DNA of 62,420 nt from Saprospiraceae bacterium. GTDB taxonomy: Bacteria > Bacteroidota > Bacteroidia > Chitinophagales > Saprospiraceae. Of the stretch, positions 25,441-34,711 are shown in pieces; position 1 is the first letter of the stretch, and each line of letters opens with the position of its first letter. The DNA lies in NCBI GenBank assembly GCA_046155725.1, contig JBJXFT010000322.1, positions 1 through 62,420 on the forward strand. The letters are read 5' to 3'. The notes under the pieces are model-generated. The model was not told the origin of the DNA. It saw only the letters and a list, made by a program, of their open reading frames with translations, and ran no database searches. Position numbers and translations under genes: made by a program.

Positions 25441-26835
25441 TCAAAAACTGTCGCGCAGCATTTCCAGAATGCGCTGCATCTCCACTTTCCAAGCGCGGCT
25501 GCTCCCTACAAAGTTGTTGTGCATAAAACTGAAAGCCAGAACCTTCCCGCTCCTACACAGCACATAGCCGCTCAAGCATTGCACCCCGCCCAGGCTCCCT
25601 GTCTTGGCAAAAACATAGGGCTTGCCGTCTTTCCCCGCGTACCAATTTTGGATGTTGCCGCTCAGGCCCCCGGCGGGGAAAAGGGAAAGAAGCTGCGCTC
25701 TCGGTTGCTCGCGCCAGAGTTTCAACAGCACTTGGGCGATGCTCTGCGGGGTCATCAGGTTGTAGCGCGAGAGGCCGGAGCCGTCCACCCAGCGGGGCTT
25801 TTGTGGCAGCGTGGAGAGTGTGCTGTCGAGCATCCATTGTATCATGGTGTCTTGCTGGAGCAGGTCGAATTTCTCGCCCGCGCACACCAGCAGCATTTGC
25901 TCTGCGATGAAGTTGTCGCTTTGGTGCATCATGCGGCGGAGCACGGTGTCGAGGGGGGCGGAGTAGAGGGTGCGCCAGTTCAATCTTTCAGGTATCCATT
26001 TCTTTTCTTCGTTCTCTTCCTCTTTTGTGAATGTACTGGACGTGGAAATGTTCGATTTCTGCGTCGTGTCCCTGAGCATGTCGCGCAACCCGAATGCAGA
26101 GGTTCTGAAAGGAATGTCTTGGGTAAAACCCTCTGGCAGCGTCTCATTTGGGGGAATGTATACGATGTTGCTTTCTTCCTCGCGGAGCGGAATGCCTGTG
26201 CTGGGCAAATCCTTAATCGTACCTTCTCTGATAAGATTCCAGCCCCATTTGTCGCCATTGTCAAAAGGGAAATGATGCCAAATTCCGTTTGTTTTTTTGA
26301 CAGTCATCAGGTTTCCAAAAATCGGCATGGCGGAGCGTTCTGCCGAGTAGCCCTCATTGTAATCGTCCCAAGCCCAGCCTGGCCCAAAACGAGTGTCCTG
26401 AAAATTATCCAAATCAATGGTCGTCGGGCCGTAGCAGTTTTCCAAAAATCGAAAAACCGGTTGCCAATGCTTAAAGAGTGGGTGCAAAAAAGTAGGGTCG
26501 CCGGTTGGCCTGAGGTAATTGAATGTTTCGCCGCCTTCCGTGTAGTTTGTGTGCAGCAATCCCGGCACCGAATCCCCCAGTACCGCCAAGCACGTCGCCA
26601 GCGTCAGGATTTTAGCGTTCGAGCCGGGGGTGAAATAATGTTCTCCGTTAAAATCCGCGAGTGTTTTCCCCGTGGCTGGGTCAAGCAGGGTAAAGCCCGT
26701 GAAGGCTTTTGAAAAAATGGGGGAACGCGCTACCTCGCGCTTGATTTTCAAAGCAGAGCGTGTGTCCCGGCTTTTGAAAACCGCGCAGGAAGGAAGGAGG
26801 AGCGTGAAAAAGAGGAGTTGAAAAAGGGGGCGCAT
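25441..26835 (-). CDS. dacB: D-alanyl-D-alanine carboxypeptidase/endopeptidase (PBP4, peptidase S13)
   Basis: Motifs SNAK (SxxK), SDN (SxN) and KTGS (KTG) occur in the expected order. Lipoprotein-type signal LLLPSC. Confidence 0.8.
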   Translation of the reverse strand: MRPLFQLLFFTLLLPSCAVFKSRDTRSALKIKREVARSPIFSKAFTGFTLLDPATGKTLADFNGEHYFTPGSNAKILTLATCLAVLGDSVPGLLHTNYTEGGETFNYLRPTGDPTFLHPLFKHWQPVFRFLENCYGPTTIDLDNFQDTRFGPGWAWDDYNEGYSAERSAMPIFGNLMTVKKTNGIWHHFPFDNGDKWGWNLIREGTIKDLPSTGIPLREEESNIVYIPPNETLPEGFTQDIPFRTSAFGLRDMLRDTTQKSNISTSSTFTKEEENEEKKWIPERLNWRTLYSAPLDTVLRRMMHQSDNFIAEQMLLVCAGEKFDLLQQDTMIQWMLDSTLSTLPQKPRWVDGSGLSRYNLMTPQSIAQVLLKLWREQPRAQLLSLFPAGGLSGNIQNWYAGKDGKPYVFAKTGSLGGVQCLSGYVLCRSGKVLAFSFMHNNFVGSSRAWKVEMQRILEMLRDSF

Positions 26836-26849
26836 ACTTCATGGTTTTT

Positions 26850-27016
26850 TCACACGACGACACGACGGCACTACGCTAATCATGTAATCGTCGTGCCGTC
26901 GTGTCGTCGTGTGAAATGAATATTGAGACATAGGTTTCAGACAACGACACGACGACACAACGGCATCACGGGCATTAAAATCGTCGTGCCGTTGTGTCGT
27001 CGTGTGAAATGAATAT
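26850..27016. repeat. Two tandem copies (period ~93 bp) of a hairpin element
   Basis: Copy 1 has a perfect 22-bp stem tcacacgacgacacgacggcac (26850-26871) / gtgccgtcgtgtcgtcgtgtga (26893-26914). Copy 2 has a 19-bp stem 26947-26965 / 26987-27005. Both are followed by gtgaaatgaatatt. Confidence 0.85.
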
Positions 27017-29002
27017 TCACGCTTGCTTCTTAGCCAACTTGCTGTTCCGATACCCATACCCAAAATAAATCACCAGCCCCGCCACCAGCCAGATGAAAAA
27101 CCCTAACCAGCTCTTGGCGGGTATCTGCGCCATCATGTAAAGGCACGACACGAGGCCAAGGATGGGGATGAGCGAAAGGTTGTGGCGGAACGCCAGCCAG
27201 GCCATCGTAAGGCAGGTGAGCACGAAAAGCCACATCGGGATTTTGTGCTGGAACAAGCCCCAACCAATTTCAGGCTTAAGTTTTGTCTCCTCTGGCAACG
27301 GCATGGCCTTTACCGTCAGATAATATTTTTCTGGGTTCAAATCTTTCAGGTACTTGGTCAAGTCGCGCTCGGCTTTGATGAATTTTGCTTCATCGCTCTG
27401 CGTGATTCCTGATATGATGGCAACTTTTTCGGCATCCTGCAACCGAGCAACAAGGTCTTCCGCACCTTGTTGTTCGCGTTCGTTGGTGACCCATGCCGAA
27501 GTCACATTTGGAAAATAGGCCAACAGCAATATTAGGATTGTCGCCAACAGCGCGGGGAAAACCCACTTCGCGTTCATGTAGGGCGTACGGAATTTGCCGC
27601 GCGGAACATTGGGCTGCACCTGCAATTTCAACACCCCGCCGCACACCAGCACAAAGGCGAACAACGTACCCATGCTGCACAAATCAAGCACCGTGTCGCT
27701 GGGAATAAAGAGCATCGGCACCACCACGAAAAAGCCCGTGACGATGGTGGCAAATGTGGGCGTGCGGAATTTTGGGTGGATGTACGAAAAACGTTTGGGC
27801 AAAAGACCGTCGCGGCTCATGGTCATCCAGATGCGCGGTTGGCCCAATTGGAAAACCAAGAACACCCCCGCCATAGCCACCACCGCGCTCACGGCGATGA
27901 TGCCGGAAAACCATTTGAGGTCAAGTTTTTGAAAGACATACGCCAGCGGGTCGTTCACATCCAACTCCTTGTAGTCCACCATGCCCGTCAGCACCAGCGC
28001 AATGATGATGTAAAGCACCGTGCAAATAATGATGGAATAAAGCATTGCGCGAGGCAAATCGCGCTGCGGGTTCTTGCACTCTTCCGCCGTGGTCGAAAGC
28101 GCGTCAAAGCCGATGTAGGCAAAGAAAACCGATGACACGCCCGCCATCACGCCCCCAAAACCGTTCGGCACAAAAGGATGCCAGTTGTCCACGTTCACAT
28201 AGCCTGCGCCCACGATGATGACCAACAGCACCACAATCAACTTCAACACCACCATCCAGTTGCCTACCGTTTTCGATTCTTTTATGCCGATGTACACCAG
28301 CGCAGTAATCAAGATGGACATCACGATGGCCGGGATGTCGAGTATCGTCCTGAACCCTCCAAGCCGAGGGGCAGATTGCCAAGCATTGTAGGCTTCGCTT
28401 TGGGCTTGGGAAAAATCAGCGACGGTTTTGCCGTTATTGAGCAGTGCCGAAGCCTCCTCAAAACCAGCGTGTGCCGACACATAATCCACCGTGGCCCAAG
28501 CAGGTATTTGCGCTGGGAACAACTGGAAGAACCCGCCAACCCACCGTGAATCTTGGAGATTTGGCAGGACGCTGTCGTATAAGCCCGTGAAATATCCCGA
28601 CCACGAAACCGCCACCGTGATGTTGCCCACCGCATATTCCATTACCAACGCCCAGCCAATTATCCATGCCATCAGTTCGCCAAAGGCCACGTACGAATAG
28701 GTGTAGGCGCTGCCCGAAACGGGCAACATGGAGGCGAACTCCGCATAAGCGAATGCCGCAAAGCCGCAAGCCAAAGCCGTGAAAATGAAAAGGAAAACCA
28801 CCGCTGGGCCCCCGTTGTAACTCGCCGAACCGATGGTGCTGAAAATGCCCGCGCCGATGATGGCCGCGATGCCAAGCGCAGTGAGGTCTCGAACCCCCAA
28901 GTTTTTGTCCAAGCCGGCAGCGCCGTGGATTTCTTCGTTCTGCGCTGTGGAGATAGCGTCGCCTACAGATTTTTTGCGGAAAAGATTGTCAAGGAAAGCC
29001 AT
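27017..29002 (-). CDS. Amino acid permease (APC superfamily) with C-terminal extension
   Basis: Start at MAFLDNLFRKK (ATG at 29002). LGVRDLTALGIAAIIGAGIFSTIGS is typical of APC transporters. Many TM segments. Confidence 0.8.
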   Translation of the reverse strand: MAFLDNLFRKKSVGDAISTAQNEEIHGAAGLDKNLGVRDLTALGIAAIIGAGIFSTIGSASYNGGPAVVFLFIFTALACGFAAFAYAEFASMLPVSGSAYTYSYVAFGELMAWIIGWALVMEYAVGNITVAVSWSGYFTGLYDSVLPNLQDSRWVGGFFQLFPAQIPAWATVDYVSAHAGFEEASALLNNGKTVADFSQAQSEAYNAWQSAPRLGGFRTILDIPAIVMSILITALVYIGIKESKTVGNWMVVLKLIVVLLVIIVGAGYVNVDNWHPFVPNGFGGVMAGVSSVFFAYIGFDALSTTAEECKNPQRDLPRAMLYSIIICTVLYIIIALVLTGMVDYKELDVNDPLAYVFQKLDLKWFSGIIAVSAVVAMAGVFLVFQLGQPRIWMTMSRDGLLPKRFSYIHPKFRTPTFATIVTGFFVVVPMLFIPSDTVLDLCSMGTLFAFVLVCGGVLKLQVQPNVPRGKFRTPYMNAKWVFPALLATILILLLAYFPNVTSAWVTNEREQQGAEDLVARLQDAEKVAIISGITQSDEAKFIKAERDLTKYLKDLNPEKYYLTVKAMPLPEETKLKPEIGWGLFQHKIPMWLFVLTCLTMAWLAFRHNLSLIPILGLVSCLYMMAQIPAKSWLGFFIWLVAGLVIYFGYGYRNSKLAKKQA

Positions 29003-29060
29003 AGAGGGAAGGTTTAGGTTTTGCCGTTTAGCGGGGCAAAGTAGGGCTTTCTTGAAAAAC

Positions 29061-29780
29061 TCAAAGCTTCGACTTCCCCAGCACCACCACTTCCGAGCCT
29101 TCAGCCAAAAGCACCGAAGCGGGCGGGGCGGCCAGAATTTCGCCAAAGGCCGCACCGTACATCCGCCGGAAATCGCCCCGGATTTTGTGTGAAAGCACTT
29201 TGTACACCTCCCAGCGCGGGTGTTCCACTCGGTATTCGTTCGTGCTGCGTTCGTCCGCGCGGGAATAGCCCCAGTAATGTTCGGTGATAAATTCCTCCTC
29301 GCTGCCCTCGGCAGTGGGCTGGGCAATAGGCTCCGTCACTGCCGCCAACTTGCACCATTCGCCGCCGAAAAACGGCTTCCATTCGTAAGAAACCTTCTGC
29401 TGTTCAGCACCCAATTCCCACGAGTGTCGCATTCGCTGCGTCACATAGTTCTCTCGGTAAACCGCATTGGCAACCAAGGCTATGGCCGGTTTCGGAACGA
29501 TTTCTTTGACAAAAGCCACCCCGCGCCGCCGTTCATTGCCCGCCTTGCGGCGAACATAAAACCGCAGGTTCACTTCCTCAAAATCGCGGTGGAAAGGAAC
29601 GGGGATGCCCAGCATTTTGGCCCTCAAAAACATAAACCCCACCAGGCTGACATAGCATCTGCCCTGCCACAAATCCAACTCTGTACCCCACGGAACGTAA
29701 GGCTTCAGCAACTCCGGCGGCACGATGTAGTTTGCCATCAGGAGTTTGCGCCATGCTGCGGTGAGGAAAGTCTTGTTCAT
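29061..29780 (-). CDS. DUF2071 (YqjF-like) family protein
   Basis: MNKTFLTAAWRKLLMANYIVPPELLKPYVPWGTELDLWQGRCYVSLVGFMF matches the DUF2071 N-terminus as I remember it. Confidence 0.6.
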   Translation of the reverse strand: MNKTFLTAAWRKLLMANYIVPPELLKPYVPWGTELDLWQGRCYVSLVGFMFLRAKMLGIPVPFHRDFEEVNLRFYVRRKAGNERRRGVAFVKEIVPKPAIALVANAVYRENYVTQRMRHSWELGAEQQKVSYEWKPFFGGEWCKLAAVTEPIAQPTAEGSEEEFITEHYWGYSRADERSTNEYRVEHPRWEVYKVLSHKIRGDFRRMYGAAFGEILAAPPASVLLAEGSEVVVLGKSKL

Positions 29781-31624
29781 CCCGCATTAGGAGAAATGCT
29801 ACGAATAAATTCTTGGTAGGCCTCTCCAAAAGGCTTGCTTTTCAACAGATTGTCCAAGTCTGTTTTGTCTAAGGTGCTTTGTTTGTAAAAGTCAGAAAAT
29901 GCGCCGAGGCTGTTTCCAAAGTTTGCTTGTGCCGCTTCAACGACTTTGCTCGGCAGGTCTGCCGCTTTGATTTTGTGCGGGTTGCCCTCTTCGAGCATCT
30001 GGCACATTTTAGCCATCAGCCCATCGAACACAGGCTGGTTTTGGGCATACACTAGGCCTGCCAGATAGTACGCGCACTTTTTAATGATGGGATAGACGGC
30101 AGTGTGTTTGGGGATCAGTTCACGAACCGAGTCAAGAATCAAAGCGGCAGTAAGCAATCGCACACTCAAGGAGTTCATCTTTTCCTGATCTTCAAGTGTT
30201 TCTTCGGGAAAGATTTTTTCATACTCAGTCTTTTGGAAAACCCTGCTTTGCCCAATGCGCGAGCGAAGAGATTGGGCTTCGTGACCGAATACTGCACGGT
30301 AAGCCAAAGCTGCGTTGGGCATACTCACTACCCGATTGCTTTTTTCCTGCCTTGCCTCCCCTTTGCGGTCATAAAGAAAGTTCAGGCGGCGAAGCACCGC
30401 TTGGATTTCGATCTGGATAGGGTCATTGGAAAGCAGCGAGTACGTTTTTACAGCATTTTGGTTGTTCGTGGCCTTGATGATGCTCTGTTTGAAATCGCGC
30501 TGAGCAGGGTCTATCTGGTAAATCCGCACCACGATGTTGTTGGGCTTGAAATTGTCGCGGGTAGCATCGTCGTATTTTGCGCTGTATAGCGCATTCACTG
30601 TTTGGCAGCCGTTGATGATCTGGAGGTTCTTCAGGTCAAGGCTGATGGTTTGTTTGGTCGTGTTGGGCGTTCCAACGGTCAAATCGTCGCAGATGATGCT
30701 GATGCCGTTGTTCATGTACGGGAACCAGATGCTTTCCCTGCTCGTGATGGTTTTGATGATGTCCTTGTTCACCGCAGCCCGGTCGCCGAGGTACAGGCGG
30801 ATATTCTCCGAGTAAAGCTGATTGTGGTGGTACTTGTTCTGCAAGCGGATCAGTTCGTTGACATTGCACACGCCCAAGAACACCCTGTTTGGCAGCCCCA
30901 GCGCAGCCTGTCGGCTGTTGTCTTCAAAGCGATAAGGATATGGACTGTCCAGCGCGAAACTGATGGTCTCCTTGTCCACTGCGATCTTGCCTTCGGTCGC
31001 CAATTCCTCTATTTCCTTCAGGCCATACACTTGAATATTGAATCGCCTGTGCTGTTTGTCGTACTCGAATCGCCCCAGCAAGTCTTGGATGTGCTGCTCA
31101 TTGGAGCGATTCACCCCTTGCGCATTGTTGATGAAATGGCAGTGTACAAACACCTTGTTGCCCCGCCGCTGCTCAAGGTGCCTTTTCATCTTAGCGTCCA
31201 TCTCCTGCAAAACCTCGTTGTTGAGGTCAGTATCTGCCCGAAGCTCAGGGTGGACGAACACGTTGTTGATCAGCGTGGCAAAGTCCATCAACTCGCGCGG
31301 AGAAGCTGCGTGGTTGGGTTTGTCGTGGATTTTGAACTGAAAAACGTGGAGGTGCTTTTCGGAAGAGGAGTCCGCGTCAATAAGCGCGTAGGCATCTATC
31401 AGCAGTTCGTCGCGGCCGCTCATGGCCTTGTCGGTGACCACAAAATCTTCAAAAAAACCGTCCTCGCTGATATCCATCGCCAACGAGGCGCTCATCGCCA
31501 TGTACAGCAACTTGTATTCGGCATCCTTCACCCGAATGCTTTTTGAGCCACATTGAATTTCGAAGTGTTCGTTGAGCCGCCGAAAGTAGTCAAGTTCTGT
31601 CTGAATTTTTTCTGATAAATGCAT
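29777..31624 (-). CDS. AIPR-family (abortive infection phage resistance-like) protein
   Basis: Start at MHLSEKIQ (ATG at 31624). N-terminal nuclease-like IDAYALIDAD...LHVFQFKIH. Central FPYMNNGISIICDD...LQIINGCQTVNALY is characteristic of AIPR. Visibly AT-richer than gcvP. Confidence 0.7.
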   Translation of the reverse strand: MHLSEKIQTELDYFRRLNEHFEIQCGSKSIRVKDAEYKLLYMAMSASLAMDISEDGFFEDFVVTDKAMSGRDELLIDAYALIDADSSSEKHLHVFQFKIHDKPNHAASPRELMDFATLINNVFVHPELRADTDLNNEVLQEMDAKMKRHLEQRRGNKVFVHCHFINNAQGVNRSNEQHIQDLLGRFEYDKQHRRFNIQVYGLKEIEELATEGKIAVDKETISFALDSPYPYRFEDNSRQAALGLPNRVFLGVCNVNELIRLQNKYHHNQLYSENIRLYLGDRAAVNKDIIKTITSRESIWFPYMNNGISIICDDLTVGTPNTTKQTISLDLKNLQIINGCQTVNALYSAKYDDATRDNFKPNNIVVRIYQIDPAQRDFKQSIIKATNNQNAVKTYSLLSNDPIQIEIQAVLRRLNFLYDRKGEARQEKSNRVVSMPNAALAYRAVFGHEAQSLRSRIGQSRVFQKTEYEKIFPEETLEDQEKMNSLSVRLLTAALILDSVRELIPKHTAVYPIIKKCAYYLAGLVYAQNQPVFDGLMAKMCQMLEEGNPHKIKAADLPSKVVEAAQANFGNSLGAFSDFYKQSTLDKTDLDNLLKSKPFGEAYQEFIRSISPNAG

Positions 31625-31676
31625 GGCATGACTTTTAGAATGAGTTCGAAAATTGTAAGATTTTCTGAGCCCAAAT

Positions 31677-34535
31677 TTACGCGTACGCCTCCATCGGCGG
31701 GCAAGTACACACCAGGTTCCTATCGCCGAAGGCACCGTCAATGCGGCCCACCGTCGGCCAAAATTTGAAGCCGTGGTGGAGGTAAGGCAAAGGATACACT
31801 GCTTTTTGGCGGGAATACTTATGATTCCATTCATCGCCCGTAGCCTCCTCGCAAGTGTGCGGCGCGTTGTGGAGCGGGTTGTCGTCGTGGTCAAAATCGC
31901 CCCGCGCAATCGCATCCAATTCCTCACGGATAGCCAGCAGCGCGTCGCAGAAGCGGTCAAGTTCCGCCTTGCTCTCGCTCTCCGTCGGCTCGATCATGAT
32001 AGTGCCAGCCACCGGGAACGACAGCGTGGGCGCGTGGAAACCATAGTCCATGAGCCGTTTGGCAATGTCCTCCGCGCCAGCGAGGGCTTTGAAAGGCCGC
32101 ATATCCACGATCATCTCGTGGGCGCAGCGACCGTTTTCCCCCGTGTACAAGATTTCGTAAGCCCCCTGCAATCGGGCTTTGATATAGTTCGCGTTGAGGA
32201 TGGCGTATTTCGTGGCGTTCGTCACGCCCTCTGCGCCCAACATTCGGATGTAGCCGTAGGAAATGAGCAAGATGCTCGCGCTTCCCCAAGGCGCGGCGGA
32301 AATCGCCGTTGTGCCTTGAGCCCCGCCTATTTCCGCAAAAACGTGTTTGGGCAAATACGGCGCGAGGCTTTCGTTGCAACAAATCGGCCCCATGCCGGGA
32401 CCGCCGCCGCCGTGCGGGATGGCGAAGGTCTTGTGCAAATTCAAGTGGCAAACATCGGCGCCAATAGTGGCAGGGCTGGTGAGACCCACCTGAGCATTCA
32501 TGTTTGCACCGTCCATATAGACCTTGCCACCATGCTTGTGAATAATGTCGCAGGCTTCATTGATGCTGGTTTCAAACACACCGTGGGTAGATGGGTACGT
32601 CACCATCAGGCAGGAAAGATTGGCTGCGTGCTGCTCGGCTTTGGCGCGGAGGTCGGCCATGTCAATATTGCCGCGCTCGTCGCAGGCCACCACCACTATT
32701 TCCATAGCAACCATAGCCGCAGAAGCAGGATTGGTGCCATGGGCAGACGAGGGGATAAGTGCAACATTTCGGTGCGCCCCGCCCGTTGCTTGGTGGTAGG
32801 CGCGGATTGCCATCAGCCCAGCGTACTCGCCTTGCGCCCCGCTGTTGGGCTGCAAGGAACAGGCGGAGAAGCCCGTTATTTCGCACAAATACTTTTCTAA
32901 TTCGCTGATAATGTAAGCGTAGCCTTTGGTTTGGTCGGCGGGCATGAACGGGTGCATATTCGACCAGTTGTCCCAAGTGACGGGGATCATCTGGGCGGCA
33001 GCGTTGAGTTTCATGGTGCAAGAGCCGAGCGAAATCATGGAATGCACCAGCGAGAGATCGCGGTTTTCGAGCCGCTTGACGTAGCGCATCATGTCGCTCT
33101 CCGTGTGGTAGGAGTTGAAGACGGGGTGAGTCAAAAACTGGCTTTCCCGCGCAAGCCCTTTTGGAACGATGAATGATGAACGATGAACGATGAGTTTTTT
33201 GTCAATCCCGAAAATTTCGGCGATGCCATGCAGGTCATCTTCCGTCACGGTTTCGTCGAGGGCGATTTGGAGGGCGTTTTTTTCGTAGTAAAAATTGATG
33301 CCCGCCGCTTCGGCTTTGGTTCTGATGTCGGCAAGTTTGCTTTCGGAAAATTCCACGCGGAGCGTGTCAAAAAAGTGGGCGTTGGTTTGTTTGAAACCTG
33401 CTCCGCTGAGTGCGCTCGAAAGCGCGGCAGCCATGTCGTGGGCGCGTTGGGCAATGCCTCGGATTCCATCTGGCCCATGATACACGGCGTACATGGCGGC
33501 CATGTTGGCGAGCAGGGCTTGGGCGGTGCAAATATTGGAAGTCGCTTTTTCGCGGCGGATGTGCTGCTCACGAGTTTGGAGCGCCATGCGCAGGGCGCGG
33601 TTGCCGTGCTTGTCCACCGAAACGCCGATGATGCGCCCCGGGATTTGGCGTTTGAAATCTTCCGAGCAAGCAAAGAAAGCAGCGTGTGGGCCGCCGTAGC
33701 CAAGCGGAACGCCGAATCGTTGGGTATTTCCCACCGCCACATCTGCCCCCCATTCGCCGGGCGGAGTCAGCAGGGCGAGCGAGAGAAGGTCGGCTCCAAC
33801 GCAGACGAATGCTCCCGATGCTTTTGTCTTTTCCACAAAAGCGCGGTAGTCCAGCACGTTCCCTTGGCTGTCAGGGTATTGGAGCATCACGCCAAAGGTT
33901 TTTTCGGAAAATTCGAACGACTTCCAGTTGCCGATTTTCAACTCAATGCCGTGCGGGAGGGCGCGGGTTTTCAGGATGTCAATCGTTTGCGGCAGCACGG
34001 TGTCGGAGACGAAAAACTCCTTGGCTTCTTCGCCCTCTTTTGCCCGCTTGTTCTTTTCGTTGTAAAACATATTCATCGCCTCGGCGGCAGCGGTGCCTTC
34101 GTCCAAGAGGCTGGCGTTGGCGATGGGCAAGCCCGTGAGGTCGCACACCATGGTCTGGAAATTGAGCAGGCTTTCGAGTCGGCCTTGCGCGATTTCGGCT
34201 TGGTAGGGGGTGTACTGGGTGTACCAGCCGGGGTTGCTGAACACATTGCGCAAGATGACGGGCGGGATGATGGTACCCGCGTAACCCATGCCGATGTAGT
34301 TGCGCATCACGCGGTTTTGCGCAGCGGCCTTTTTCAGGTCTTGCGTGTACTCGAATTCAGACTGTGCCGGGGGGAGATTGAGCGGCTTTTTCAGGCGGAT
34401 GGAGGCAGGCACGGTTTGCTCGATGAGTTCGTCCAGAGAACTAACTTTGAGGACTTTGAGCATTTCTTGGGTTTCGGTTTCGCTGGGGCCGATATGCCGA
34501 CGCTCGAAGCGGTCGGGGTGTGGGAACAAACTCAT
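31677..34535 (-). CDS. gcvP: Glycine dehydrogenase (aminomethyl-transferring), single-chain P-protein
   Basis: 952 aa. [10 protein letters not shown]..., ...[10 protein letters not shown]..., [20 protein letters not shown] (PLP-Lys region). Confidence 0.92.
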   Translation of the reverse strand: MSLFPHPDRFERRHIGPSETETQEMLKVLKVSSLDELIEQTVPASIRLKKPLNLPPAQSEFEYTQDLKKAAAQNRVMRNYIGMGYAGTIIPPVILRNVFSNPGWYTQYTPYQAEIAQGRLESLLNFQTMVCDLTGLPIANASLLDEGTAAAEAMNMFYNEKNKRAKEGEEAKEFFVSDTVLPQTIDILKTRALPHGIELKIGNWKSFEFSEKTFGVMLQYPDSQGNVLDYRAFVEKTKASGAFVCVGADLLSLALLTPPGEWGADVAVGNTQRFGVPLGYGGPHAAFFACSEDFKRQIPGRIIGVSVDKHGNRALRMALQTREQHIRREKATSNICTAQALLANMAAMYAVYHGPDGIRGIAQRAHDMAAALSSALSGAGFKQTNAHFFDTLRVEFSESKLADIRTKAEAAGINFYYEKNALQIALDETVTEDDLHGIAEIFGIDKKLIVHRSSFIVPKGLARESQFLTHPVFNSYHTESDMMRYVKRLENRDLSLVHSMISLGSCTMKLNAAAQMIPVTWDNWSNMHPFMPADQTKGYAYIISELEKYLCEITGFSACSLQPNSGAQGEYAGLMAIRAYHQATGGAHRNVALIPSSAHGTNPASAAMVAMEIVVVACDERGNIDMADLRAKAEQHAANLSCLMVTYPSTHGVFETSINEACDIIHKHGGKVYMDGANMNAQVGLTSPATIGADVCHLNLHKTFAIPHGGGGPGMGPICCNESLAPYLPKHVFAEIGGAQGTTAISAAPWGSASILLISYGYIRMLGAEGVTNATKYAILNANYIKARLQGAYEILYTGENGRCAHEMIVDMRPFKALAGAEDIAKRLMDYGFHAPTLSFPVAGTIMIEPTESESKAELDRFCDALLAIREELDAIARGDFDHDDNPLHNAPHTCEEATGDEWNHKYSRQKAVYPLPYLHHGFKFWPTVGRIDGAFGDRNLVCTCPPMEAYA
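33164..33194 (-). repeat. GTTCATC-type heptamer array inside gcvP coding sequence
   Basis: The minus strand reads CTCATC GTTCATC GTTCATC ATTCATC GTTC. It encodes [10 protein letters not shown] in the variable inter-domain linker of GcvP. Confidence 0.75.
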
Positions 34536-34540
34536 TTTAA

Positions 34541-34570
34541 CTATGAATTATGAACGATGAACGATGAACT
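34541..34570 (-). repeat. GTTCATC-type heptamer array upstream of the gcvP ATG
   Basis: The minus strand reads GTTCATC GTTCATC GTTCATA ATTCATA G, followed by TTAAA and the ATG at 34535. Confidence 0.8.
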
Positions 34571-34572
34571 CC

Positions 34573-34638
34573 GCCCCGACTTCCTACCCGCCCCTGCCTG
34601 CCAAAACTCGGCGGGCAGGGCGGGTAGGAAGTCGGGGC
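34573..34638. terminator. Long GC-rich hairpin (REP-like) downstream of the membrane glycosyltransferase-like gene
   Basis: gccccgacttcctacccgcccctgcctgcc ... ggcgggcagggcgggtaggaagtcggggc forms a stem of about 28 bp with one indel. It lies between the stop at 34712 and the gcvP start. Confidence 0.6.
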
Positions 34639-34711
34639 AGGCTGATGTACAATGAACCCGTTCCTGATGTTGGAAAAATGGGCTCGAAAAACGCGGCGAA
34701 GGTAGAAATGT

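Noticed and set aside
26839-27063. 74-aa ORF with the internally repeated peptide YSFHTTT[Q/R]RHDD.
   Set aside because: It is the translation of two tandem hairpin repeat units, so it is repeat DNA and not a gene.
29003-29326. Long N-terminal extensions in the ORF track. Examples: 29003-29326, 31625-31960, 6631-6903, 46678-46830, 47937-48044, 24051-24416, 18518-18673.
   Set aside because: The extensions are Arg/Pro/Cys-rich and overlap upstream genes or repeats. Internal ATGs give proper signal peptides or family-typical N-termini, and several ORF-track first codons are TTG or GTG.
34536-34711. Glycine riboswitch expected upstream of gcvP.
   Set aside because: The leader consists of the heptamer array plus a long REP-like hairpin. 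I could not see the conserved glycine-aptamer blocks (GGAGAG...CACCG...CTCAGGCAAAAGGAC-like).
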